Program-made: the position numbers and the translations under genes
Assembly: GCA_004556155.1 (NCBI GenBank)
Contig: SFIM01000038.1
Location: 1-26,517, forward strand
DNA: 26,517 nucleotides
From: Clostridiales bacterium
GTDB lineage: Bacteria; Bacillota; Clostridia; Christensenellales; Aristaeellaceae
Direction of reading: 5' to 3'
Shown here: piece by piece, positions 14,921-23,297 of the stretch
How positions within the stretch are numbered: the first letter of the stretch is position 1
Layout: each line of letters starts with the position of its first letter
The notes under the pieces: generated by a model
Databases searched by the model: none
The model's input: the letters and a program-made list of their open reading frames with translations, nothing else
Told to the model about the DNA's origin: nothing

Positions 14921-15142
14921 GGGGGAGGACGGGGGGACGGGGGAGAGACGGTACTTTCTTGAGTCAAGAAAGTACCAAAGAACCTGTGTTGTGAACGGGA
15001 AAGCTGCTGGTTTTAAACTGGGAGTGGCCCTGGCCACCTGCCGCCCCGCCCCCGTGGCAGGTGAAAGCCTGAACCGCCCGGATGAAAGCAAGCTTTCCTC
15101 CGTTCGCTTCCTGCTTTCCCCCTTCGTCTCCCCCGTCCTCTC
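14921..15142. repeat. Half copy of the modular palindromic repeat
   Basis: G-rich tract at 14921-14949. Terminal hairpin GGTACTTTCTTGAGTCAAGAAAGTACC at 14950-14976. One arm plus one inner module, and a C-rich tract ending about 15142. There is no second terminal hairpin. Confidence 0.8.
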
Positions 15143-15189
15143 TTTTACACTTTGCCAAATTTGTCCATACACGGCGAGAAGATTGTACG

Positions 15190-15218
15190 TTGCGGCGGGG
15201 AAAACGGGGCATTATAAT
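15190..15218 (+). promoter_or_regulatory. Candidate sigma-A promoter of the ftsH operon
   Basis: -35 TTGCGG (15190-15195), 17-nt spacer, -10 TATAAT (15213-15218). Confidence 0.5.
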
Positions 15219-15247
15219 ATACGCGTAGGATGAAAGGAGGCGAGCGC

Positions 15248-15655
15248 ATGGCCCATGAGATATTATCGGCCAAGCTCCATGAGCTGGACGAGCGTGTGGC
15301 GCGGCTGCATAGCCGGGTGTTGATCAGCGAGGGCGAGAACCTGTCCACCCTGCGGCAGGAGGAGGAAGCCCTGCGGCGCGAGTGCGCGCAGGATGAAATG
15401 ACGCTGCGCAATCGCCTGTGCCATAGCCGCAGCCAGGCAGCCAGCGATATTGCCGCGTCCTTCAGCAGGATGGACGGCATGCTCAGCCAGGCGCGCGAAA
15501 ACGCGCTGAGCCAGCCCAGCAGCGAGCAGGCGCTGCTGCTGGCCGAGTACGCGCTGGACTTTGCCCTGCAGGCGGCCAGCCGGGCGCTGCTGATCAGCCT
15601 GGAAGCCATCGACGCGCAGATGACCGAACAAGAGGAAGCGAGGAACGCGCAATGA
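15248..15655 (+). CDS. Hypothetical 135-aa helical or coiled-coil protein, translationally coupled to ftsH
   Basis: ATG 15248 lies 7 nt after AGGAGG. Its stop overlaps the ftsH start (ATGA at 15652-15655). The composition is Leu/Glu/Ala/Arg/Gln-rich. No family recognised. Confidence 0.55.
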   Translation: MAHEILSAKLHELDERVARLHSRVLISEGENLSTLRQEEEALRRECAQDEMTLRNRLCHSRSQAASDIAASFSRMDGMLSQARENALSQPSSEQALLLAEYALDFALQAASRALLISLEAIDAQMTEQEEARNAQ

Positions 15656-17493
15656 AAGAAGCGAAATCCCCCAAGAAACCGTTGATTTTTTACTACGGCG
15701 TGGTGCTGGCCGTGCTGCTGGCGTTCAATATGATCGTCTCCCCCCTGCTGCTGGAGCGGCAGGTGACGGAGGTGGATTACGGCACGTTCATGCGCATGAT
15801 CGACGATAAGGATATCGGCGAGGTGCAGATGGACGACAGCGAGATTCTGTTTTCCAATAAGGCGGGCGACGCGGTGTATAAGACCGTCGCTTTGCAGGAT
15901 AGCACGCTGGTGCAGCGCCTGTACGAGGCGGGCGCCAAGTTCTCCGGCACGGTGGAAAAAACCATGTCCCCCCTGCTGAGCCTGCTGCTTACCGGCGTGC
16001 TGCCGCTGCTGGTTTTTGTGGCGCTGGGCCAGTTCCTCAGCCGCAAGCTCATTGAGCAGGCCGGCGGCAAGAACGCCATGAGCTTTGGCATGGGCAAGAG
16101 CAACGCCAAGGTGTATGTGCAGTCCAGCCAGGGCATCCATTTCAGCGATGTGGCGGGCGAGGACGAGGCCAAGGAAAGCCTGGCCGAGATTGTGGATTAT
16201 CTGCATAACCCGCAGAAATACACCGAGGTTGGCGCGTCCATGCCCAAGGGCGTGCTGCTTGTGGGCCCTCCAGGCACCGGTAAAACCATGCTGGCCAAGG
16301 CTGTCGCGGGCGAGGCCAACGTGCCCTTCTTCTCCATCTCCGGCTCGGAATTTGTGGAAATGTTCGTAGGTATGGGCGCAAGCAAGGTGCGCGATCTGTT
16401 CAAGCAGGCCAAGGAAAAGGCGCCCTGCATCGTGTTTATCGATGAAATCGACGCCATCGGCCAGAAGCGCAACAGCGGCAACATGGGCGGCAACGACGAG
16501 CGCGAGCAGACCCTGAACCAGCTGCTGACCGAAATGGACGGCTTTGAGGGCAACAACGGCGTGATCATTCTGGCCGCCACCAACCGCCCCGAGGCGCTGG
16601 ATCCCGCGCTGACGCGCCCCGGCCGCTTTGACCGCCGCGTGCCTGTGGAGCTGCCCGACTTGCAGGGCCGCGAGGCCATTTTGAAGGTGCACGCCCGCAA
16701 GATCAAGACCACGCCCGATGTGGACTTCCACGTCATCGCGCGCATGGCCTCGGGCGCCTCGGGCGCGGAGCTGGCCAACATCATCAATGAGGCGGCGCTG
16801 CGCGCGGTGCGCGATCATCGCACCCAGGTGACGCAGGCCGACCTGGAAGAAAGCATCGAAGTCGTCATCGCAGGCTATCAGAAGAAGAACGCCGTGCTGT
16901 CCGATCAGGAAAAGCACGTGGTGGCCTATCACGAGATTGGCCACGCGCTGGTAGCGGCGCTGCAAAGCCATTCCGCCCCGGTGCAGAAGATCACCATTAT
17001 CCCCCGCACCTCCGGCGCGCTGGGCTATACCATGCAGGTGGAGGAGGCCGATAAGAACCTGCTGACCAAGCAGGAATTGCTCAATAAAATCGCCACCCTG
17101 ACCGGCGGCCGCGCGGCGGAGGAGGTCAAGTTTGGCGAGATCACCACGGGCGCGTCCAACGATATCGAGCAGGCCACCAAGCTGGCCCGCGCCATGATTA
17201 CCCGCTACGGCATGAGCGATGAATTTGACATGGTGGCCATGGAAACCGTGACCAACCAGTACCTGGGCGGCGACGCGCAGCTGAGCTGCTCGGCCGAAAC
17301 CCAGCGCGAGATCGACCGCAAGGTGGTAAACGTGGTGCGCGAGCAGCACGAAAAGGCGCGCAAGATTCTGGATGAAAACCGCGCCAAGCTGGACGAACTG
17401 TCCCAGTACCTGTACGAGAAGGAAACCATCACGGGCGAGGAATTCATGCGCATCCTGGAGGCGGATACCAGGAAGGAGGAGCAGAACAAATGA
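15652..17493 (+). CDS. ftsH: ATP-dependent zinc metalloprotease FtsH
   Basis: Two N-terminal TM segments. Walker A GPPGTGKT, Walker [13 protein letters not shown] region [20 protein letters not shown], and zinc site HEIGHAL. Confidence 0.95.
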   Translation: MKEAKSPKKPLIFYYGVVLAVLLAFNMIVSPLLLERQVTEVDYGTFMRMIDDKDIGEVQMDDSEILFSNKAGDAVYKTVALQDSTLVQRLYEAGAKFSGTVEKTMSPLLSLLLTGVLPLLVFVALGQFLSRKLIEQAGGKNAMSFGMGKSNAKVYVQSSQGIHFSDVAGEDEAKESLAEIVDYLHNPQKYTEVGASMPKGVLLVGPPGTGKTMLAKAVAGEANVPFFSISGSEFVEMFVGMGASKVRDLFKQAKEKAPCIVFIDEIDAIGQKRNSGNMGGNDEREQTLNQLLTEMDGFEGNNGVIILAATNRPEALDPALTRPGRFDRRVPVELPDLQGREAILKVHARKIKTTPDVDFHVIARMASGASGAELANIINEAALRAVRDHRTQVTQADLEESIEVVIAGYQKKNAVLSDQEKHVVAYHEIGHALVAALQSHSAPVQKITIIPRTSGALGYTMQVEEADKNLLTKQELLNKIATLTGGRAAEEVKFGEITTGASNDIEQATKLARAMITRYGMSDEFDMVAMETVTNQYLGGDAQLSCSAETQREIDRKVVNVVREQHEKARKILDENRAKLDELSQYLYEKETITGEEFMRILEADTRKEEQNK

Positions 17494-18032
17494 AAAGGCG
17501 TTCAAGCTACGGCGTGTATGAGCTGATTGTCGGTATTCTGCTGATCCTGCTGGGTATTTTCACCTTCACCCGTCCGCAGAGCGCGCTGACCGGCCTGGTG
17601 GTGCTTTACGGCCTGCTGGCCACGATCACGGGCATTGGCGATATCGTGTTCTACGTCAAGATGGAAAAGCACACGGGCTTTGGCCCCACGATCTCGCTGA
17701 TCTCGGGCATCCTGAGCGTGATGACGGGCCTGGTGCTGATGGTGCATCCCGGCGCGGGCCGTTGGGCGATGATGGTGTTCTTCCCCATCTGGTTCATCGC
17801 GCACTGCATCTCCCGCCTGTCGCATGGGCACATGGTGCGCTTTGTGGCGGGCAGCGCGGCCTATTGGTTCTCGCTGATTATCAACTCCCTGGGTTTGGCG
17901 CTGGGCTTTCTGATGCTGATCAAGCCCTATTACAGCCTGCTCTCCATCACGTTTATGATCGGCGTATACCTGATCCTGCTGGGGCTGGACAGCCTGGGCG
18001 AGGCGTTTTCCAGGATGGGCGAGAATTGGTAA
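17490..18032 (+). CDS. DUF308/HdeD-like integral membrane protein
   Basis: 180 aa with about six hydrophobic helices in a repeated GILLILLGIFTF/GLVLMVHPG pattern. The start overlaps the ftsH stop (ATGA). Confidence 0.65.
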   Translation: MKRRSSYGVYELIVGILLILLGIFTFTRPQSALTGLVVLYGLLATITGIGDIVFYVKMEKHTGFGPTISLISGILSVMTGLVLMVHPGAGRWAMMVFFPIWFIAHCISRLSHGHMVRFVAGSAAYWFSLIINSLGLALGFLMLIKPYYSLLSITFMIGVYLILLGLDSLGEAFSRMGENW

Positions 18033-18042
18033 ATAGCATGAA

Positions 18043-18337
18043 AAGCGTTCCTGAGCAAATGGCTCAGGACGCTTCAGGCTGTCGAAAAACCTTTTTCGAC
18101 AGCCTGACGATGCAAGTCAGCTAAAGCGGACTTGCATCGGGAACGTCATTTTCTTGTGAGCCTGCGGCTCACGGCCAGAAAATGACAAAGGAAGCAGCCT
18201 GACGGCTGCTCCTCGCACCGCGCATGTCGCTGCTATATGAAGGGGCTGCGGCCCCTTCATGCATCCCAAGAGTTTAAGCGAGACTTTTTTAACAATCTGA
18301 AGCGTTCCTGAGCAAATGGCTCAGGACGCTTTTTTAT
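18043..18337. repeat. Hairpin-train module (18076-18234) plus extra hairpins, flanked by a 32-bp direct duplication of a terminator hairpin
   Basis: AAGCGTTCCTGAGCAAATGGCTCAGGACGCTT occurs at 18043-18074 and 18300-18331. The interior contains the hairpins AGGCTGTCGAAAAACCTTTTTCGACAGCCT, GATGCAAGTC..GACTTGCATC, CGTCATTTTCT..AGAAAATGAC, GCAGCCTGACGGCTGC and GAAGGGGCTGCGGCCCCTTC. 18076-18234 is about 97% identical to 2848-3006. Confidence 0.85.
18300..18337 (+). terminator. Intrinsic terminator (second copy of the duplicated hairpin, the one that keeps the T-tract)
   Basis: Stem AGCGTTCCTGAGC pairs with GCTCAGGACGCT, followed by TTTTTT (18331-18336). Confidence 0.7.
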
Positions 18338-18375
18338 AGAGTGGCAAGAAACGTGCCCATGCTTATAGCCAATGA

Positions 18376-18403
18376 TTGACAAATTGTTGTATAATTATAT
18401 AAG
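18376..18403 (+). promoter_or_regulatory. Candidate sigma-A promoter of tldD-pmbA
   Basis: -35 TTGACA (18376-18381), 16-nt spacer, -10 TATAAG (18398-18403). A TATAAT at 18390-18395 is an alternative -10. Confidence 0.4.
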
Positions 18404-18429
18404 GAAATAACACAAGGAGGATTCCTTTG

Positions 18430-19767
18430 ATGATTGAGTTCCGCGACGGCTTTTATGCCGATGTGCGCACCGAGGATCGCAGCCGCACCGTCATTTCCTA
18501 TCAGGCCGGTATTTTGGAGGAAATGAAAAGCCAGGTGGAGCGCCGCGCCTTCCTGCGGGTTTATGACGGCAAAATGTGGTATTACGCCTCCGTGACCGAT
18601 TTGAACCACCTGCAAAAGACGCTGGACGGCCTGTACGCCGCCGCTGCGCCCAACGATCAGATTCTGGACGATCCCACCGTGCGCCGCTTTGAGCGCAACC
18701 GCGACACGGTGCTGAGCTTTGCCGATTGCTCCGTGCGCGATATCCCCGCCAAGGATAAGCAGGCGCTGCTGCTGTCCTACCTGCCGCTGCTGAGCGAGGA
18801 TAAATGCGTCACCATGCCCTCCGGCTCCTATCTGGATCGCAGCAGCCTGTTCCATTTCCAGTCCAGCCTGGGCGCGGATATCACCTATGATTACCAAACC
18901 TGCGGCCTGTCCTTCTCCTGCGATATGGCGGAGGGCGAAAAGAAGTTTTCCGGCCACTGGCAGAAGGGCGCGACCCGCTTTGACGAATTGAAGGGCTTGA
19001 CCGAGACGATCCGCGCCGCCATGGCCGAGCAGACGGCCTTCCTGCGCAGCTCCGTGCCGGTTGAGCCGGGCAAATACCCCGTGGTGCTCTCGCCCGAGGC
19101 GGCGGGCGTTTTCGCGCATGAGTCCTTCGGCCATAAGTCCGAGTCCGATTTCATGCTCTCCGATGAAGCCATGCGCGACGAGTGGCAGCTGGGCAAGACC
19201 GTGGGCTCGCCCATCCTGTCCATTGCCGAGTGCGGCTCCGTGCCCGGCTGTGGCTATGTGCCCTATGACGACGAGGGCACCAAGGCGCGCAAGAACTATC
19301 TGATCAAAAACGGCGTGCTGGCGGGCCGCCTGCACAGCGCGCAGACTGCCGCCGCCCTGGATGAAGGGCTGACCGGCAACGCCCGCGCCATCGACTGCAC
19401 CTTTGAGCCCATCGTGCGCATGACTACCACCTACATCGAAGGCGGCGACCTGGACTTTGACCAGCTGATCGCCCCCATCAAGAAGGGCTATTATATCAAG
19501 ACCATCCGCCATGGCAGCGGCATGAGCACCTTTACCATCGCCCCCAGCCTGGCCTACGAAATTGTGGATGGCAAGCTGGGCCGCCCGGTGCAGATCAGCG
19601 TGCTGACCGGCTCGGTATTTGAAACGCTGGGGCTGATCGACGGCCTGACCCGCGATGTGCAGCTGCTGTCCTTTGTCACGGGCGGCTGCGGCAAGATGGA
19701 GCAGATGAACCTGCCCGTGGGCTTTGGCGGCCCCTATGTCCGCGTATCGTCCATGAACGTGCAGTGA
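18430..19767 (+). CDS. tldD: TldD-family (peptidase U62) metalloprotease
   Basis: HESFGHKSE matches the TldD HExxxH zinc motif, and the size is about 445 aa. The start could be TTG 18427 or ATG 18430, both behind AAGGAGG. Confidence 0.8.
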   Translation: MIEFRDGFYADVRTEDRSRTVISYQAGILEEMKSQVERRAFLRVYDGKMWYYASVTDLNHLQKTLDGLYAAAAPNDQILDDPTVRRFERNRDTVLSFADCSVRDIPAKDKQALLLSYLPLLSEDKCVTMPSGSYLDRSSLFHFQSSLGADITYDYQTCGLSFSCDMAEGEKKFSGHWQKGATRFDELKGLTETIRAAMAEQTAFLRSSVPVEPGKYPVVLSPEAAGVFAHESFGHKSESDFMLSDEAMRDEWQLGKTVGSPILSIAECGSVPGCGYVPYDDEGTKARKNYLIKNGVLAGRLHSAQTAAALDEGLTGNARAIDCTFEPIVRMTTTYIEGGDLDFDQLIAPIKKGYYIKTIRHGSGMSTFTIAPSLAYEIVDGKLGRPVQISVLTGSVFETLGLIDGLTRDVQLLSFVTGGCGKMEQMNLPVGFGGPYVRVSSMNVQ

Positions 19768-19777
19768 GGTGAACACC

Positions 19778-20995
19778 ATGGAAAAAGAATTTTTGACCCA
19801 AATCCGCCGCTCCGTTACCCTGAATGTGACCGGCGGCAAGATTGACAGCTTCCGCGAAAAAGAGGAAACCACGGGCACGGTGCGCGCCTATGATAACGGC
19901 TGCATCGGCATTGCCGGCTGCCTGGGCGAGCCGGACGAGCAAAGGCTGACCGAAAAGGCCGCAGAGGCGCTGGCGCTGGGCATTCCCTATCCCTGCCATC
20001 TGGAGGGCGCGCTGGAAAAGATCGACCTGCATGAGGACGAAATCATCCCCGTGCCCGAGCTGATTCCCACCATGCAGCGCTTTCTGGATCGTCTGGGCGA
20101 GGCCTGCCCGCGGTTTGCCTTTTCCAATAAGATTACGCTGGATTATAAGAAGACCGAATATCGCAACTCCCTGGGCCGCCATCTGGTCAGCTCGGGCCGC
20201 AGCGTGGATATTGGGCTGATCGTGCAGAACCGCGGCTCGGGCAATCTGTTTGACGCCGCGCTGGGCTACAGCGGCGATCGCTTTGATCCGGACGCGCTGC
20301 TCGAGCAGTTCAAAAAGGAATACGACGCTTTTTACACGCCCGTGGATATTGAGCCTGGCCGCTACCCTGTGGTGATGGAAAGCGGCAGCCTGTTTGGCAC
20401 CTTCCTGCAGCACTTTGTGGCGGAAATGTATGTTTCCGGCGCGTCGCTGCTCAGCGGCAAGCTGGGGCAAAAGGCCTTCTCGGACAAGCTGTCCCTGCGC
20501 GACGATATGAACCCCGCCACCCATCCGGGCGTATGCTTCTTCGATTACGAGGGCTGCGTCGCGCCCGATCTGCGCCCCACACTGATTGATAAGGGCACGC
20601 TGACGGGCCTTCTGACCACCAAGAAGTCGGCGGAGCAGTTTGGCCTGCAAAACCTTGGCACAGCGGCCGCCGCCTATGACGGTGTGCCCAGCCTGGGCTT
20701 CCATCGCTTCTATGTTGATCCTACCGCCTCCAGCCTGGCGGAGCTGGCGCCTGGCCGGGCCATCTACATGGCCATGGCCTCCGGCGGCGATACTACGCCC
20801 GACGGGCACTTTGCCACCCCCGTGCAGCTGGCCTACCTGATGGAGGACGGCAAGCTTGTTGGCCGCCTGCCTGATCTGACCGTCAGCGGCAGCTTCTACG
20901 ATATGCTGGGCAAGGATTTCCTGGGCGCGGTACATGGCCAGCCCCAGCCGGATAGCCTGCTGTGCGCCGTCACCATGGATGTGAAGAAGGGTTAA
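19778..20995 (+). CDS. pmbA: PmbA/TldE-family partner of TldD (peptidase U62, no HExxxH)
   Basis: Lies immediately downstream of tldD. About 405 aa with a Gly-rich C-terminal region typical of the family. Start ATG 19778 behind GTGAGGTG (GTG 19769 is an alternative). Confidence 0.7.
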   Translation: MEKEFLTQIRRSVTLNVTGGKIDSFREKEETTGTVRAYDNGCIGIAGCLGEPDEQRLTEKAAEALALGIPYPCHLEGALEKIDLHEDEIIPVPELIPTMQRFLDRLGEACPRFAFSNKITLDYKKTEYRNSLGRHLVSSGRSVDIGLIVQNRGSGNLFDAALGYSGDRFDPDALLEQFKKEYDAFYTPVDIEPGRYPVVMESGSLFGTFLQHFVAEMYVSGASLLSGKLGQKAFSDKLSLRDDMNPATHPGVCFFDYEGCVAPDLRPTLIDKGTLTGLLTTKKSAEQFGLQNLGTAAAAYDGVPSLGFHRFYVDPTASSLAELAPGRAIYMAMASGGDTTPDGHFATPVQLAYLMEDGKLVGRLPDLTVSGSFYDMLGKDFLGAVHGQPQPDSLLCAVTMDVKKG

Positions 20996-21018
20996 CCGCG
21001 CAATTCCTATAACAAAAA

Positions 21019-21055
21019 CCCCGGACGGTCGGCGACGATCAGTCCGGGGCTTTTG
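21019..21055. terminator. Bidirectional intrinsic terminator
   Basis: Stem CCCCGGAC (21019-21026) pairs with GTCCGGGG (21042-21049), with an A-run upstream and CTTTTG downstream. Confidence 0.7.
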
Positions 21056-21536
21056 CGTTGGCGATGGAAGATCAGCTAAGACGCAACGATCAGGATTCTC
21101 TCATTTCCTGCCGGCAATTCTGCCTGGATGGCGCCTTTATCAAACAGGGCGGCGCCGAGCCTGGATTTCCGTTAGTTAATGCAAATTTTTTATGGATTTC
21201 ATTCATCTTTAAGCTGAGGAAGCACCCCTCGCGCGTGCGCGCGCGAATACGAATATATATAAAAAAATGCGCCACGGCTCTTTGCCGAAGCGCAGATGAA
21301 AATAAAAGTGAAATCAGGGCATCCCAAAATTTCACCTTTGATATGAAGCCCAAAACAACAAAACAGCGGAGGTTTTACCCTTCCGCTGTTTTATATGTGA
21401 GCACAAATAGTGTCTGTTACTATCTGCCGTCCTTGTTCTGTATTCAGTTGTTACTTGGGTTCGTATCTATCTTCAAAGGGAAAAAGCCGTTTTTGCATCT
21501 ACGAATTTGAAACTTTGAAAAACGGCGTTTGGGTAG

Positions 21537-21566
21537 CAAAAAAGCCCGATAAACTCGGGCTTTTTG
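21537..21566 (-). terminator. Intrinsic terminator downstream of ssrA (usable in both directions)
   Basis: Stem AAGCCCGA (21542-21549) pairs with TCGGGCTT (21555-21562), flanked by AAAAAA on the left and TTTTT on the right. Confidence 0.65.
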
Positions 21567-21595
21567 CCGGGTACATCTTTTTCGTACCCTTTTGA

Positions 21596-21943
21596 TGGTG
21601 GAGGCGAGGGGAATCGAACCCCTGTCCGAAGACCGAATTACAGGATTTTCTCCGAGCGCAGGACGCATTTTGGATTTCCCTTGCCCCAGCGCCTGCGAAC
21701 GGGCTATGGGGCTTGGTAGCTTCATTTTACCGGCCTCGCCGCAAAGCTTAGGCGGGCCTGTTCCTCACATCAATGACGCTGCTTGCCAAAGCCGTGAGCG
21801 CTTTGGGGCAACGCGCAGCCATTAGGCCGCGAAAGCGTAACTGTTATTGTCAGTTAATTTTAATTTCCCCGTTTTTACGAGGCCAGGGTCCTCGGCTCGC
21901 TTATCCTGTCCTTCGCCATCCCCGTCGAAACCAGAACGCCCCC
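21596..21943 (-). ncRNA. ssrA: tmRNA (transfer-messenger RNA)
   Basis: On the minus strand the RNA reads 5' GGGGGCGUUCUGGUUUCGACGGGG ... GGACAGGGGUUCGAUUCCCCUCGCCUCCACCA 3'. The acceptor stem has the G3:U pair. The internal tag frame GAC AAU AAC AGU UAC GCU UUC GCG GCC UAA encodes ...DNNSYAFAA-stop. smpB lies directly upstream. Confidence 0.95.
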
Positions 21944-21946
21944 GCG

Positions 21947-22417
21947 TTACTCCGCGTGCTGATTGCGCACGGCGCGCGCGGCCTCCATCTTGGCTGCCTG
22001 ATCCGCCGCGGCTGCGCGCTTATCGTGCAGCTGCTTGCCCATGCACACGCCCAGCTCCAGCTTGACGCGGCCGTCCTTCAGGTACAGCTGCAGCGGGATG
22101 AGCGTGTAGCCCTTGCGCTGCACCAGCTGCTGCAGCTTGCGGATTTCGGCCTTGTGCAGCAGCAGCTTTTTGGGCCGCATGGGATCGGTATTGAAGATGT
22201 TGCCCTGCTCATAGGGGCTGATGTGCATGCTTTCCACCAGCACCTCGCCGTCCTTGACGTGGGCGAAGCTCTCCTTCAGGTTCACATGCCCCTGGCGGAT
22301 GGATTTTACCTCCGTGCCGTGCAGGGCGAGGCCGCATTCATAGGTTTCCTCTATGAAATAGTCGTGCCGCGCGCGGCGGTTGCTTGCTACGGGATGTACG
22401 CCCTTTTGCCGGGCCAT
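21947..22417 (-). CDS. smpB: SsrA-binding protein SmpB
   Basis: Start at MARQKG (ATG 22417-22415) behind GGAAAGGAG. Contains [18 protein letters not shown] and RPKKLLLHK motifs. Confidence 0.93.
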   Translation of the reverse strand: MARQKGVHPVASNRRARHDYFIEETYECGLALHGTEVKSIRQGHVNLKESFAHVKDGEVLVESMHISPYEQGNIFNTDPMRPKKLLLHKAEIRKLQQLVQRKGYTLIPLQLYLKDGRVKLELGVCMGKQLHDKRAAAADQAAKMEAARAVRNQHAE

Positions 22418-22447
22418 GCGCGTCACTCCTTTCCATAGCGGTATAAT

Positions 22448-22476
22448 ATTATAGCATATCGCGCGGTAAACCGCAA
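22448..22476 (-). promoter_or_regulatory. Candidate sigma-A promoter of smpB-ssrA
   Basis: On the minus strand: -35 TTGCGG (22476-22471), 17-nt spacer, extended -10 TGcTATAAT (22456-22448). Confidence 0.5.
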
Positions 22477-22565
22477 TATGCAATGTGCGCGCGGCGGGAT
22501 ATCCGCCTGTGCGGTTTTATCAGCCTTTATCAGCTTTATCAGTTAGACAGCTTGGAGGCTTCAAA

Positions 22566-23168
22566 TCAGTCCCTGCAAACGACCCTTGAGCCTTCATCCT
22601 CCACGATGATTCCCTGACGGTTGTTAATGGGGCGGATATTCAAATCCGAAAACTCTGCCATGATTCGCTCGGTAGCCTTCTTAAAGGGCGGCGTAAGATA
22701 ATGCGGAAGAACATGGAAATCAATCAAAGCAAGCCCTGCATCGTCCTGCTGTGAATAATCCTCCGGCTTCTCATCCATTTGTTCAATATATTGGATGCTT
22801 GGGGCGCAGATAACCGCGCCTGCCGACTCGCCGATCATCAGCTTTCCGTTTGCCAGTTCCCTCCTTAGCAGCTCGTCCGTTCCCGTTCTGCGCAGCTGAT
22901 CCATCAGGAAAAAGGAATTTCCGCCGGTAAAATATATCACATCCGCAGCCTCAAGGGCAGACTGTATCGTTGAATAAGCCTCCGCAGAAATATCCATTTC
23001 AGTTACGGCTGCGCCTGATTTTTTGAACAGCTTTTTCGCCGAGCTGACATAGCCGGTATAGCCCTCGCGCAGCGAGGCTGTGGGAATAAACGCAATTTTC
23101 CTGTTTTCAATTTCTTCCTTTATCAAGCTCCCTACGCTTGAAAAGTGCGAGCATAAGAACAGTCTCAT
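22566..23168 (-). CDS. pepE: Peptidase S51 family (dipeptidase E-like)
   Basis: Start at MRLFLCSHFSS (ATG 23168-23166) behind AAAAGGAGG. Contains YFTGGNSFFL and the IGESAGAVI nucleophile motif. GC is visibly lower than in the neighbouring genes. Confidence 0.7.
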   Translation of the reverse strand: MRLFLCSHFSSVGSLIKEEIENRKIAFIPTASLREGYTGYVSSAKKLFKKSGAAVTEMDISAEAYSTIQSALEAADVIYFTGGNSFFLMDQLRRTGTDELLRRELANGKLMIGESAGAVICAPSIQYIEQMDEKPEDYSQQDDAGLALIDFHVLPHYLTPPFKKATERIMAEFSDLNIRPINNRQGIIVEDEGSRVVCRD

Positions 23169-23297
23169 CCAAATCCTCCTTTTTGACCTTCGCTTTGTCC
23201 ATCTGCTTCCGCATTCAAAGCATACCATCAGGCTTGCAGGGAGCGCAGGGTGAAGCTCCCATTGCCGCCGCCGCTGCCCGCCCCGCGCCCGCTCGTC

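Noticed and set aside
14921-14949. G-quadruplex formation by the G-rich outer arms
   Set aside because: Most copies have only two or three runs of three or more G within a suitable distance. Each has a complementary C-rich partner arm nearby, so duplex or hairpin pairing is the simpler reading.
15145-17505. 786-aa ORF antisense to the small ORF and ftsH
   Set aside because: FtsH on the plus strand has every diagnostic motif. The antisense product is Leu/Ala/Gly/His-rich with no motif. It is a shadow ORF.
18430-20995. TldD/PmbA as part of a RiPP (microcin B17-like) maturation system
   Set aside because: No precursor peptide, cyclodehydratase, dehydrogenase or export genes are adjacent. The pair is widespread as a housekeeping protease.
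21076-21171. Possible 3' remnant of a minus-strand gene (frame reading ...LGAALFDKGAIQAELPAGNERILIVAS-stop, ending just before the bidirectional terminator)
   Set aside because: Only about 31 codons are open, there is no start, and the frame could be open by chance in GC-rich DNA. It is noted only as weak support for decay next to ssrA.
21058-21510. 150-aa plus-strand ORF and 87-aa minus-strand ORF (21090-21353) in the AT-rich tract
   Set aside because: There is no RBS, the sequence is low-complexity or hydrophobic and odd in composition, both cross predicted terminator hairpins, and there are no motifs.
21444-21825. ORFs 21444-21725 (-), 21592-21825 (+) and 21773-22438 (+)
   Set aside because: They overlap the tmRNA gene or lie antisense to smpB.
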